This document shows, piece after piece, positions 9,722 to 18,983 of a stretch of 64,000 nucleotides of DNA (its first letter is position 1; the number at the start of each line of letters is the position of its first letter). The notes beneath the pieces are model-generated. The model made no database searches. It was not told where the DNA came from and was given only the letters and a program-made list of their open reading frames with translations. Source of the stretch: a bacterium (lineage in GTDB: Bacteria; Fidelibacterota; Fidelibacteria; Fidelibacterales; Fidelibacteraceae); NCBI GenBank assembly GCA_963676395.1, contig OY781066.1, positions 1,664,001 to 1,728,000 of the forward strand, in the 5' to 3' direction. A program made the translations under genes and the position numbers.

Positions 9722-10180
9722 CTAGACCTCGATCTCGATATCAAGCTGTCGGCCTTCTTTAGCGGCTTTTTTATCCATTTCACCGCCGATGGCAAGACCG
9801 ATGGCCATGCCAATGGGTAAACCGACACCGAGAAAGGCCATGTTCCCCATAGCTGTTCCAAACAGCGCTCCAAAGGGAATACCAAAGGTCATACCCAGCA
9901 CCATCCACTTGTTGCGGTAGCTATTCTTGGTGACCAGCTTCAGTTCTTTTTCAAGCAGTTCCAGAAGCTTATTTTGTTTCCTGATAAGTTGTTTTTTCAA
10001 CTCCTTGTCAGCGTTCTTGATAGCATTCAGTGTCTCGATATCGGCATTGATATAGTGAACGATATGATCGGGGAGCTGTTTTTTCCTTAATTCTTCCACA
10101 AGCTTTCCAAATAAAGTGTAAGCTTTGCTGAGATGCTTATTCTCGATCTCTTTCCGCTGCTTTAATTCAATGATCATCAT
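9722..10180 (-). CDS. Hypothetical membrane protein with C-terminal glycine-rich TM hairpin
   Basis: GMTFGIPFGALFG...GLPIGMAIGLAIG; GAAGGA RBS. Confidence 0.75.
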   Translation of the reverse strand: MMIIELKQRKEIENKHLSKAYTLFGKLVEELRKKQLPDHIVHYINADIETLNAIKNADKELKKQLIRKQNKLLELLEKELKLVTKNSYRNKWMVLGMTFGIPFGALFGTAMGNMAFLGVGLPIGMAIGLAIGGEMDKKAAKEGRQLDIEIEV

Positions 10181-10374
10181 GTATTCCTTCCGATAGGGTG
10201 ATCTCTTTACTTATTTACGATATTTTCGCTTTGCTTTTCTTGATCGAAATTTAGGGAAAATAATTTGAATGGCAATGTGTTATTTGGGGCCCGGAAAAAA
10301 CGATCAACTATTAATCGAAGAATCAACGAAGCTTTCTTGACCCACGAAGCTTTAGCGTAGTTGCAAGCGAAGGA

Positions 10375-10458
10375 GAACGATAAAGGATGAATGATAAAGG
10401 ATGAATGATAAAAGATGAATGATAAAAGATGAATGATAAAAGATGAATGATAAAAGAT
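10375..10458 (+). repeat. 14-bp tandem repeat (GAAYGATAAARGAT) x6
   Basis: Units at 10375, 10389, 10403, 10417, 10431 and 10445. Confidence 0.92.
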
Positions 10459-10640
10459 GAACGATTAATACGAAGAAGCTCCAGAGGAGCGACATCTTTT
10501 CTTTATTAAGGTAAAAAGATGCCACTCCTACGGAGTTTAAAATTATTTGGATACATAATTCTCTACAAAGATGTCATCCCTACGGGATTTAGCATCCGAT
10601 CAATCGATGAAGCTCCGACGGTTTTGTAAATATTTAACTG

Positions 10641-11243
10641 TCAATTGTTAACCGCTTTTCCTACAACCTGTGTATACACCACCTTCTCATGCTCACTCAA
10701 CCCCATGAGCTTGTGCAGTCCCTCGCGATCGACCAATCCCAGCACTGCGGTGCAAAGCTTCGCGGCCGTACAATAGAGGTAGACATTCTGGCTCATAAAA
10801 GCCGCATCGGCCGCGCTGGTGTACCACTTGCGCTGTTCGTCCGAATAGACCGGGTTAGTCATCTTGCGGTAATCGCTGACGTAGATCAGTCCCACAGGCG
10901 CCGACTGCATCATCTTCTGCGTGCCGATATGCGGACGCAGGTCCTGATCCAGCACCCCGACCAATTGATGCGCCGTTTCATCGTAGCGGTACAGACCCTC
11001 GGGCAACGCGACATAAACGCTGATCTCCTGGGAATTACAGGAGGACGGCGCCGCGCGCTTGCTCTTGGCACGTTTGGTCGCCTCGCAGGTGATCCCGCAG
11101 GCCGCCCACATAAGATTGCTCAGATCCTGCTCACCGACCGCCTCAGCGGCAAAACGGCGCTTGGTTCGGCGTTCTTTGATCGCCTTCATTAAGGGGAAGG
11201 AGAGGTTTGTTTGGGGCGGGGGAAGGGGGATGATGTTTTTCAT
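10641..11243 (-). CDS. Nitroreductase family (SagB/ThcOx-like) oxidoreductase
   Basis: PLMKAIKERRTKRRF, LSNLMWAACG, RAAPSSCN, SQNVYLYC; GC-rich. Confidence 0.88.
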   Translation of the reverse strand: MKNIIPLPPPQTNLSFPLMKAIKERRTKRRFAAEAVGEQDLSNLMWAACGITCEATKRAKSKRAAPSSCNSQEISVYVALPEGLYRYDETAHQLVGVLDQDLRPHIGTQKMMQSAPVGLIYVSDYRKMTNPVYSDEQRKWYTSAADAAFMSQNVYLYCTAAKLCTAVLGLVDREGLHKLMGLSEHEKVVYTQVVGKAVNN

Positions 11244-11378
11244 AGTTGAATTGATTCCTTGTCTAGTTTCACAATCTTAATTATTAATTCTTAAATTGTC
11301 AATCGTCCTTTTTCAATTGTCAATTGATTATAAGGGGTTTAAAATGATGAGGCAAAGGAAGATTTAAATTGTATGGAG

Positions 11379-11478
11379 AAGATGTTCGGGGGAGGTCTGT
11401 TACCAAAGAACTTTTATAGCTCAACTCGGGATAAATATTCTACAGTGCAACCTACATGAAGTAATTAGATTAAGACAA
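11379..11478 (-). pseudogene. Decayed 5' fragment of the GH13 lipoprotein gene
   Basis: Minus strand has TTACTTCATGTAGGTTGC (LLHVGC), then FIPS*AIKVLW*QTSPEHL versus FVPQWAKSVVWYQIFPERF in the intact gene. Confidence 0.75.
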
Positions 11479-11517
11479 ATGAGAGATGCATTATTGGTTG
11501 CTATTTCAATATATTTT

Positions 11518-13899
11518 TCAATTCAAAGATGATTCAACTCCAATACTGGATAAAAGAGCTTCATATTGATCAATATCTTTTTCTTTAATCTTTTTTAAAA
11601 TAAAAGAAGCAGTTTTTTTCATTTCAGGTATATCTATTGGTTTCATACTTCTTTCAAATAAGCCCTCCAAATGAGAAAATTCATTATTAATACGTTCAGT
11701 CATGCTAGAAGCTTGATGATTATCACCGAAAAATCTTGATAATTTATCATCTTGTTTCTTTGCGTTTGGATATTTATAGAAAAGAAAAGCTTCTAAGAAT
11801 TTACGTGCATTATTCCCAAAATTGTAATACAGGCTATGTTGTTCTACATCTTCGGCATTTGCATTAGCACACAAATAAATTTGATGAAACAAATAATTAA
11901 ATTCTGTAACATAGTTTTTTAAATACTTTGGCATAGGTTCAAGGTTACTAATTTCATTTTCTCTTGAGATTATGAAATAACCTCTTTGTGTACAATCTGA
12001 TGCTCCTGGAAGTCTTTTTAAATATTTTAAAAAATCAAGATTATGTGTAGATATAAATAGTTGTTCATAATTTTCTTTTGAAACGATTTCTGAATTAATA
12101 AGGCTATAAATAAAAAATATATGATTACTATCTAAACTAGAAATTGGATCATCTATCCAAATTATTGGTTTGATCCCCATAGTATCAATATCTTCAAGTT
12201 TAGCCATAAAATAACAAAATGCTATCAGATTACATTCACCTTCGCTCAAGTGATAAGCTTTTTTTCCATCTCTTATAACTTCAAATTTAATTTTTTTATC
12301 ACCAATTTGATTCTCTTCTTCTAAAGCTTGAAGTGAAAGATAGTTATGACCAAAGAAATTATTTAGATAATCATTGACCTTTAAAGCCCCATTTTCTTCA
12401 TCTTTTAGTAATCTTTCTTTATCATTTATAAGAACAATTAGGTTTTTAATTTTTTCTTCAACTTCCTCTTTTTTCTTATTTTCAGCTTCTAAATTACTTC
12501 TCAACCTATCAATTTTACTAATTTCATTCTCATACTGAATGGTTTTAAGAAAATCAAATACTTCTTTTAATCTAAGTAATATTTTAGATTTATCTTGTTC
12601 AGTTTTGAGTTTATTACTATAAGAGTTTGCTGCTAATCTCATTTTTTCAAAAATATCCCAACACCATTTAAGACGAATACTATAATCAAATATTTCACTA
12701 AAAACTCCTTCATTAAGTACATCATCTTTTCTCTTATTTAGCTGTATTATTAAGTCATCTAACTCTTTAATTATTTTATCAACAATTTGAGATTTTAATT
12801 TTATTAATCGATTAATGTCCGAATGATAGCTTGAGTAAAAGTTATCTTTATCAATAGGGAGTGTAGTTTTAAGATTAGCTATTGTATTATTAATTTCATT
12901 AATTAATTTTTCAATTTCATTTTCTAATTTTTCCGATTCTTCATCAAAATGACTATCTAATTCATTCCACCTTGTTTGTGAGATAATATTTCCACAGAAT
13001 GAACATTTATTTGAAATATTTTTGTGTAGTTGCCTACCTTCTTTAACCCAACGATTCATTATTGAATCTTTTACTAATTGTTCAATCTTATTTGAATTAC
13101 TTATTGGTTTTGTAATTAGTATTTTTGCTTTTTCGGACAATAAGTTTATGCTAAAATCTGGACGAGAAACAGCTCTAATATCTTCTTTTTTTCTTTCTTT
13201 CAATAATTCTTCAATTGAAATAACTTCTTCATCTTTTATAACAGAATATGAAGGATCGAGCACTTTTTTAATATCTAATTGAAGTTTGTTGATATTATAA
13301 TTTTGATCTCCGAACTTATGTGATTTATATTTTATTCCGTCAGGATTATTGATGGCTTTGTTCTTTAATTTTCGGTTTAGCTGTTCATATTCAGTTTCAT
13401 AAATATTTTTTGCATTTATAAAATTATTAAGTGAATTTTTTAAATCAAGATATAATCCTGATTCCTCATCAATCTTATTTTCACCTAATTCCTGTTTAAG
13501 TTTTTTAATTCCAACTTCTATATCAACGTTATCTCCAAGAATTGCAAAGGGAGAAATACTATCTTCGGAATTGCTCAAAAAACGAAGTTTTTCTTTTATA
13601 AAATCTTCATTAAAAACTCTAATATTTTTTCCATGATTTGTTAAATCATGATGTGTAACATTTACATTATCATTAAAACATAATTCAAATTCTGGATTGA
13701 CATATTTATCTGATATCTTACCTGTTTCTAGTGCACGTACAATTCTGGTAAGTGTGGTTTTGCCAGAGTAATTTCTTCCGTAAATAATATTTATGTTTTT
13801 AAAATTCTCAATTCTACCTGCTGAATCAACAACTGAGTTGTTCCAAACAAAATTTTGAAACACGGCAAGATTATTAATTGATTTTAATTTTGTTATCAC
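11518..13899 (-). CDS. RloC-like AAA_13 ABC-ATPase with zinc hook and C-terminal HEPN (putative anticodon nuclease)
   Basis: Walker A GRNYSGKT, coiled coil with CSFC hook, signature LSEGE, Walker B/D-loop IWIDDPISSLD, STH, HEPN-type RKFLE...RINNEFSH; GTG start with GAGG RBS. Confidence 0.85.
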   Translation of the reverse strand: MITKLKSINNLAVFQNFVWNNSVVDSAGRIENFKNINIIYGRNYSGKTTLTRIVRALETGKISDKYVNPEFELCFNDNVNVTHHDLTNHGKNIRVFNEDFIKEKLRFLSNSEDSISPFAILGDNVDIEVGIKKLKQELGENKIDEESGLYLDLKNSLNNFINAKNIYETEYEQLNRKLKNKAINNPDGIKYKSHKFGDQNYNINKLQLDIKKVLDPSYSVIKDEEVISIEELLKERKKEDIRAVSRPDFSINLLSEKAKILITKPISNSNKIEQLVKDSIMNRWVKEGRQLHKNISNKCSFCGNIISQTRWNELDSHFDEESEKLENEIEKLINEINNTIANLKTTLPIDKDNFYSSYHSDINRLIKLKSQIVDKIIKELDDLIIQLNKRKDDVLNEGVFSEIFDYSIRLKWCWDIFEKMRLAANSYSNKLKTEQDKSKILLRLKEVFDFLKTIQYENEISKIDRLRSNLEAENKKKEEVEEKIKNLIVLINDKERLLKDEENGALKVNDYLNNFFGHNYLSLQALEEENQIGDKKIKFEVIRDGKKAYHLSEGECNLIAFCYFMAKLEDIDTMGIKPIIWIDDPISSLDSNHIFFIYSLINSEIVSKENYEQLFISTHNLDFLKYLKRLPGASDCTQRGYFIISRENEISNLEPMPKYLKNYVTEFNYLFHQIYLCANANAEDVEQHSLYYNFGNNARKFLEAFLFYKYPNAKKQDDKLSRFFGDNHQASSMTERINNEFSHLEGLFERSMKPIDIPEMKKTASFILKKIKEKDIDQYEALLSSIGVESSLN

Positions 13900-13927
13900 A
13901 AAAACCTCTTAAAATATTTGGACTAAT

Positions 13928-14950
13928 TTATTTAACATAAATATCTGCTCTTCTATTTATGCCAATAGATTCTTCCTCACCTTTTATTGTGTTAATTGGA
14001 TTATTTTCACCATATCCAAAGATATTTATTCGTTGCTTATTGATGTTGTTTTTGGTTAAGTAATTTGACACAGACTTGGCACGTTTAATTGAGAGAGAAT
14101 CATTATATATACTGTTTCCCAAATAGTCCGTATGTCCAATAATCCATATTTTTTCCTTAGGAAATTTGTTTAAGTATAAAACAAGGTTATTCAATTTGTT
14201 TTTTGAAAATTCAGTTAAATTGTAATCATTATATCTGAAATATATACTTGTAATTGGATTATTACTTTCGTTAATGTAGTTACAATTAGATTCAATAAAT
14301 AATTTATCATTAACTAAATCAATTTTTTGCGGTTTATTATCGACTAATTTTATATAATCAACTATAACTGGCAAAATATTACCCAAAGCAATAATAATTG
14401 TCATAATAATCGTAAATTTTTGATTTCTAATAATTTTTAGTTGTTGTTTTTCTTCCTCTAATTCTTTTTTTAGTTGTTCAGTAGTTTTATAGCCGTTTTT
14501 AACATAGCTATGAAGCATTTCAGTTGGTTTGAATTTTTTTCTATTGAGTAAATGAAGTGATATTTTAAGATCTCTATCTTTAATTGGATGTTCAATATAA
14601 TCTAAATCGACTATCCTATTACCTATGTGATCAAAATTAATATCATCATACAATATTAAATAGCTATTATTTGACAAATAGTCTATCAAGCTTACAATCA
14701 GTATAAGTTTTTCTGTTATATCTTTTAGTAAAGACGCTATTCCTATTGGGCCATAATTACTTGAAAGCTTTTCAAAATACTTATTTTCAATTTTTAATAG
14801 GCAATCTTTTTTCGGTGTAAATTGAATATATACATGTGGTAGGAATACATCTTCAAGAATATTTTCAAGAACATTTAGTGAACCTTTTTTATTATCTATT
14901 TCAATAATATTTTCAATTATTTCTTTTTCGAAGCTTGAAAATTCTCTCAT
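13928..14950 (-). CDS. Unknown N-terminal domain + single TM + OmpA/MotB-like peptidoglycan-binding domain
   Basis: TM FTIIMTIIIALGNILPVIV; IYF, GHTD, NDSLSIKRAKSV, GYGE, NRRADI. Confidence 0.85.
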   Translation of the reverse strand: MREFSSFEKEIIENIIEIDNKKGSLNVLENILEDVFLPHVYIQFTPKKDCLLKIENKYFEKLSSNYGPIGIASLLKDITEKLILIVSLIDYLSNNSYLILYDDINFDHIGNRIVDLDYIEHPIKDRDLKISLHLLNRKKFKPTEMLHSYVKNGYKTTEQLKKELEEEKQQLKIIRNQKFTIIMTIIIALGNILPVIVDYIKLVDNKPQKIDLVNDKLFIESNCNYINESNNPITSIYFRYNDYNLTEFSKNKLNNLVLYLNKFPKEKIWIIGHTDYLGNSIYNDSLSIKRAKSVSNYLTKNNINKQRINIFGYGENNPINTIKGEEESIGINRRADIYVK

Positions 14951-14972
14951 TTTTAAAACCTTACTTAATTAA

Positions 14973-15521
14973 TTATTTTTTAAAAAAACTTCTCAAATTA
15001 AATCCAATTCCACAAAAGCTCGGTTCCAAAATAACACCATTGAGTAATTTTGCACCAAAGCCTTTTCTCATTTCCTTATTAATATTAAAATTTTGTAAAA
15101 TTTTCTTATCTTTTATATCAGAAAATATATTTGAAATCAGGGAAATTACATCTTGTTCTGAATTGCAATGTTTTTTAATTGGGATTAATATAATTTTCGA
15201 TTCTATGCTATCGATTTGATTTATATATTTATCTTTGAATGTATGTGGATTATCTCTTGTTATCAATATTGCAGGGAGGATATCTTTTCCTTTTTCTCCA
15301 TTAATATGATGCCAAGACATAATCTCATTATCAACATGACTTCCTACTGTACCTGTAATAAAAACAGAATTAGTTTTAGAGGCTTCATTTGAAATTTTAT
15401 TGAAGTTTTCCCAAATAATATTTGATAATGGTCCTTTCCAGCCATAATCAAGTAAATACAAATAATAGTCTCGGGTTACATTTTGTGGAATTTCATTTAA
15501 ACTGTGAATCATCAATCCCAT
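14973..15521 (-). CDS. Hypothetical protein (182 aa), first gene of the AT-rich unit
   Basis: Clean ORF with GGAG RBS; YYLYLLDYGW, LPAILIT, ILEPSFCGIGFNL. Confidence 0.75.
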   Translation of the reverse strand: MGLMIHSLNEIPQNVTRDYYLYLLDYGWKGPLSNIIWENFNKISNEASKTNSVFITGTVGSHVDNEIMSWHHINGEKGKDILPAILITRDNPHTFKDKYINQIDSIESKIILIPIKKHCNSEQDVISLISNIFSDIKDKKILQNFNINKEMRKGFGAKLLNGVILEPSFCGIGFNLRSFFKK

Positions 15522-15897
15522 ATTTTCTCCAATTAATAGTTTTATCGATTAACAATAACCATTTGCTATATTCTAAAATTATTTCATTTATGTAATAAAT
15601 CATCAATTACAATTTTCTCTATTTGTTTTTAGTTTCTTTCATGTAAACTATTGTAAATATGTGAAATTAACAAATAGTTTTTCTCATAATAGCCTGAAGG
15701 AAAGGGGAATCTGAGAAATCATCACATGTAGCCTCCCTATAGCTTTGGTAAAGGTGTGGTTAATACTGAACTATTCCAGTAGTACACGGCTTTTCGAAAA
15801 TTTAATACTCATACGGCTCAAGAAGAACGAGAGTATGAGGGTACGAGTGCAGGAGAGTGAGAGAGTACGATGAATAAAGATTTAGAATTTATTTCTT

Positions 15898-16016
15898 CAA
15901 CCCCTCCGGGGTTGTGATTTGAGTGGTACCCCGGCTATACTGTTCTTGAACCCTTTCAGGGTTCTTAATGATCTTATGATATAATAACTTTCGATATATA
16001 ATCCCGACGGGGTTGA
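15898..16016. repeat. Cluster of short REP-like palindromes
   Basis: CAACCCCTCCGGGGTTG, AACCCTTTCAGGGTT, AATCCCGACGGGGTT. Confidence 0.7.
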
Positions 16017-16112
16017 ATAAGTTGAATACGTTAACTTGCACAGAGGTTCTGAACCCGTCAGCGAATAGCTGCCGTTTCAAGATGACTATGTTGTGTGATA
16101 TTCCCGGAAAAA

Positions 16113-16961
16113 CTACATATGCAAATTCAAAAACTCTTTCACCGCAGGAAACTGGTTAATGATCACATGTCCGGTATCTTCTAAAAGCCTGATATCCGCA
16201 TGGGAGACGAGATTTCTCAATCGTTCAGCGCTGGCTTGCGAATTCAAGATGACATCATGATCTCCGCCGAAATACTGCAGAGGTGCTGACAGTTTCATCA
16301 GCATGTCATCGCTGAAGATCGGTATCGCCTCCATGAGCGGATTGAAATGTTTGGACATGACAGCCTGGAAGTCCAGCACTTCAACCGGAACTTCCGTATT
16401 GTGATAAAGAGCTTTGTTTAGACGCTTTTGTCCGGCTTTGCCCAGCATCATGTAGACGATCGCTTTAAAGATAAAGCTTATTTTGGCAGGCACGATCCCC
16501 GAGCTGGTGAGCAAGGATAGTGCGGTGATCCGTTGCGGGTTTTTTAGCGCAAAGTTTAGACTATACCAACTGCCCAGGCTCATGCCCAGAAATGAGGCTT
16601 TTGCGATATCCAGTTCATCCAGCAGTGACGCAAGCCACTCGCCGGGTGCATCGGAATTCAGAGGCAGTCGTTTTGCTTCACTTAAGCCCGGTTCACCCGG
16701 GATATCAACACAGTAGACACAGAAACGATCGATAAAATCACCCACATTGCCAAACCAGCTGGCGGAGTTGGATGTGGATCCATGAAGCATAATAAGTGCC
16801 GGTTTGGATGTATCGCCAAATCTCAATACGTGGGTTTTTGCGTGCTTTGTTTCAATAAATAACTGTTCAAATGAGGGACCGTTATATTCAGCCAGTGTTT
16901 TCTTGTACAGCGATTCGATGATCTTTTTGCCTTCTTCGCTTTTATAAATGCTTGTGTTCAT
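16113..16961 (-). CDS. Alpha/beta fold hydrolase
   Basis: LHGS, DIPGEPG, nucleophile GMSLG, D (GDHD) and H (TGH). Confidence 0.9.
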   Translation of the reverse strand: MNTSIYKSEEGKKIIESLYKKTLAEYNGPSFEQLFIETKHAKTHVLRFGDTSKPALIMLHGSTSNSASWFGNVGDFIDRFCVYCVDIPGEPGLSEAKRLPLNSDAPGEWLASLLDELDIAKASFLGMSLGSWYSLNFALKNPQRITALSLLTSSGIVPAKISFIFKAIVYMMLGKAGQKRLNKALYHNTEVPVEVLDFQAVMSKHFNPLMEAIPIFSDDMLMKLSAPLQYFGGDHDVILNSQASAERLRNLVSHADIRLLEDTGHVIINQFPAVKEFLNLHM

Positions 16962-16962
16962 G

Positions 16963-17439
16963 TCATTGTCCTTTTGTCCGGTTCAGTTCGTCGAAAATAG
17001 TCAGTATCTTGCTGATAAAACCCGGATCGCCATAGAAAGTATATTTAGCTTTTTGGATTTCGGGGTAATAAATGAAATCATAACGCGTCCCACCGCTCTG
17101 TCCTTTGTCGCTGTTCAGCATGGCCATGAGTGAATTTGACAGCCGCGATGCTTTTTCGGAATCCTGATCTTTGATCTCAACGACAACGGAAGCATTGATC
17201 TGTTCTTTGCTTGACGCGTTGCCGGACGTTATGGACGGCAGCTGGTCGTTGGATAACTCGGCATGACAATAGTTTTTAAGCTCCTCTTCGCTTACCATCC
17301 AGGAGCGGCCGATCTTTTTTGCCTTGATCTTGCCCTCTTTGATAAAGCGGATAATGGTCTTCGGGTGAAGTTTTAAAATGCCCGACAGGTCTGAGACCGA
17401 GTAAAGTTTAAGTTCCATATACATCCTTTTCGTTTTCAA
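16963..17439 (-). CDS. Excisionase/MerR-like HTH (HTH_17) DNA-binding protein; real start may be 17418-17424
   Basis: LYSVSDLSGILKLHPKTIIRFIKEGKIKAKKIGRSWMV; abuts the hydrolase gene. Confidence 0.82.
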   Translation of the reverse strand: MKTKRMYMELKLYSVSDLSGILKLHPKTIIRFIKEGKIKAKKIGRSWMVSEEELKNYCHAELSNDQLPSITSGNASSKEQINASVVVEIKDQDSEKASRLSNSLMAMLNSDKGQSGGTRYDFIYYPEIQKAKYTFYGDPGFISKILTIFDELNRTKGQ

Positions 17440-17584
17440 TTCGAGCAGAATATAGTGCGGCGAATTTGAAACAACAAGAATAAAAAGTAATAATAAGAAG
17501 TAAAGGGGAATAATAGGGAGTAATTATGCTAAAATAACATGGAAAAGGGGATAAATGGGGGTGTGAGGGTGCGAGGGAACGAGA

Positions 17585-17653
17585 GTAGGGAGCGGTCGTG
17601 ACCGTTCCTGAAAGAGATTGTTTGGAAGCGGAATAGTCGCGACTGTTCCCTAC
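17585..17653. repeat. GTAG-type REP doublet (REPIN-like)
   Basis: GTAG-GGAGCGGTCGTGACCGTTCC ... GGAATAGTCGCGACTGTTCC-CTAC in inverted orientation. Confidence 0.85.
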
Positions 17654-17764
17654 GGTTGATCAGGCAATGACAGAATTCTTACACAGATCATGAATTCGTT
17701 AATTGGCGGACCTCCGGACATCGTTTCAGGAGGACTAAACAAAAAGGGATTTTCTTAATTAAAT

Positions 17765-17796
17765 AAAAAAACTCCCCGAAGCATGATCCGGGGAGT
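17765..17796 (-). terminator. Intrinsic terminator
   Basis: ACTCCCCG...CGGGGAGT stem followed by a T-run on the minus strand. Confidence 0.75.
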
Positions 17797-17821
17797 ACCT
17801 GTTTTATCTGTTAAATTTTTA

Positions 17822-18034
17822 TTAACTTTTAACTTCGACCGCTTTGGGGTCGGGACCGTATTTGTTTTCCTTCGCTTCACCCTCGGTTACATTCAGGACA
17901 AAGATCCATATGCTTCCTATAACCGGAATCAGTTCGAGGAGTAACATCCAACCACTTTTACCAATGTCATGAAGCCGTCTGACAGCAAGGGCTAAAAATG
18001 GAATGATCATAATGATTAGATATTTGTTATCCAT
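17822..18034 (-). pseudogene. DUF805 family membrane protein, apparently internally deleted
   Basis: GAGGT RBS and MDNKYL jump straight to IIPFLALAVRRLHDIGKSGW...NKYGPDP; the usual N-terminal GRA-R-E-W motif and TM segments are absent. Confidence 0.65.
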
Positions 18035-18047
18035 ATTTACCTCTCAA

Positions 18048-18596
18048 TTATTTACCTTCCCAGCAAGGAGAAACAGTGACATATTCATTTAGTTGAGCCC
18101 ATCTGACAAAGTCATAGGTCTTGAATGAATCAACCCAACACTCTTCCTCACCCTCCGGGACATGGAAATATATGGTGCAGCCAAGACTGCTATCTTCGAG
18201 TGACTGCCGTAATTTATATTGCTCCATATTTTCAAGCCATAGCTGTTGATGAAGCGTATCTTTTATAGTCACCAATGCCGGAAAAACCGTGATAACCTGT
18301 GTATAATGACTAAGATAACCACTGGTGTTGATAACGTAAGGTTTTGCGTTAAGGCTACTTATTACATATTGCAAACTATCAGACCCTAATGCTGATCTAA
18401 AAGTTAATCCATGAATATTTTCCACGTCGTGATCAAATAAATTGATAAAATCAAATACCCGGTTGATGGGATAATCACCTCTGATCCCGACAAGTACATC
18501 CGTCGGGACATATTCGGGTTCGTCGTGATCGATCGGATCAACACATGCGCCTAGCATTAAAAGAGAAATTGCCATGAAGAATTTTAAGAATTTCAT
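18048..18596 (-). CDS. Hypothetical lipoprotein
   Basis: Signal peptide with lipobox LGAC. Confidence 0.7.
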   Translation of the reverse strand: MKFLKFFMAISLLMLGACVDPIDHDEPEYVPTDVLVGIRGDYPINRVFDFINLFDHDVENIHGLTFRSALGSDSLQYVISSLNAKPYVINTSGYLSHYTQVITVFPALVTIKDTLHQQLWLENMEQYKLRQSLEDSSLGCTIYFHVPEGEEECWVDSFKTYDFVRWAQLNEYVTVSPCWEGK

Positions 18597-18731
18597 GTAA
18601 AGCCTTTTATTATTTTAATTTATAAAAAGTATTGTAAATATGTTAGAATGACAAGTGGTATTTCTTGCAATATGCTGAGAATTAGAGAAATCTGCGCAAT
18701 CTGTGGGTAGTGTCGTTTCAATTACTCTAAA

Positions 18732-18845
18732 TCATGAATAGATCTCTCCCACAGGCGCCGTGCGCTTGATCCGGCGTTTTTTTATTGCTTTCATTAGCGG
18801 AAATAGTAAATCAGTCTGAGGAGAGGGAAGTTTGATCATTTCCAT
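18732..18845 (-). pseudogene. Decayed 5' fragment of the nitroreductase gene
   Basis: MEMIKLPSPQTDLLFPLMKAIKKRRIKRTAPVGE versus MKNIIPLPPPQTNLSFPLMKAIKERRTKRRFAAEAVGE. Confidence 0.85.
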
Positions 18846-18983
18846 TATATGTGAATTTCTTGCTTTAGAAGCCAAAAATGGTTGGTAATAATGTTTTTCT
18901 CAACCCATCAACGAACAGAAAGAGAGGCGATCCTTTCGTCATTTCAAAAAGAATATTTTGTGTTTGTCCTTCTTTTTAAAAGA

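Noticed and set aside
13928..14950. Zorya system
   Set aside because: An OmpA/MotB-like domain is present, but there is no ZorA/MotA or ZorC/D/E gene.
15680..15725. Possible additional nitroreductase scar (DFSDSPFLQAIMRK)
   Set aside because: The match is short and could be chance.
16963..17439. Prophage/ICE excisionase
   Set aside because: No integrase or phage genes nearby; it has a C-terminal extension and is coupled to a hydrolase, so it is more likely a regulator.
18755..18783. Plus-strand terminator
   Set aside because: There is no plus-strand gene upstream, and the sequence is explained by the nitroreductase scar on the minus strand.
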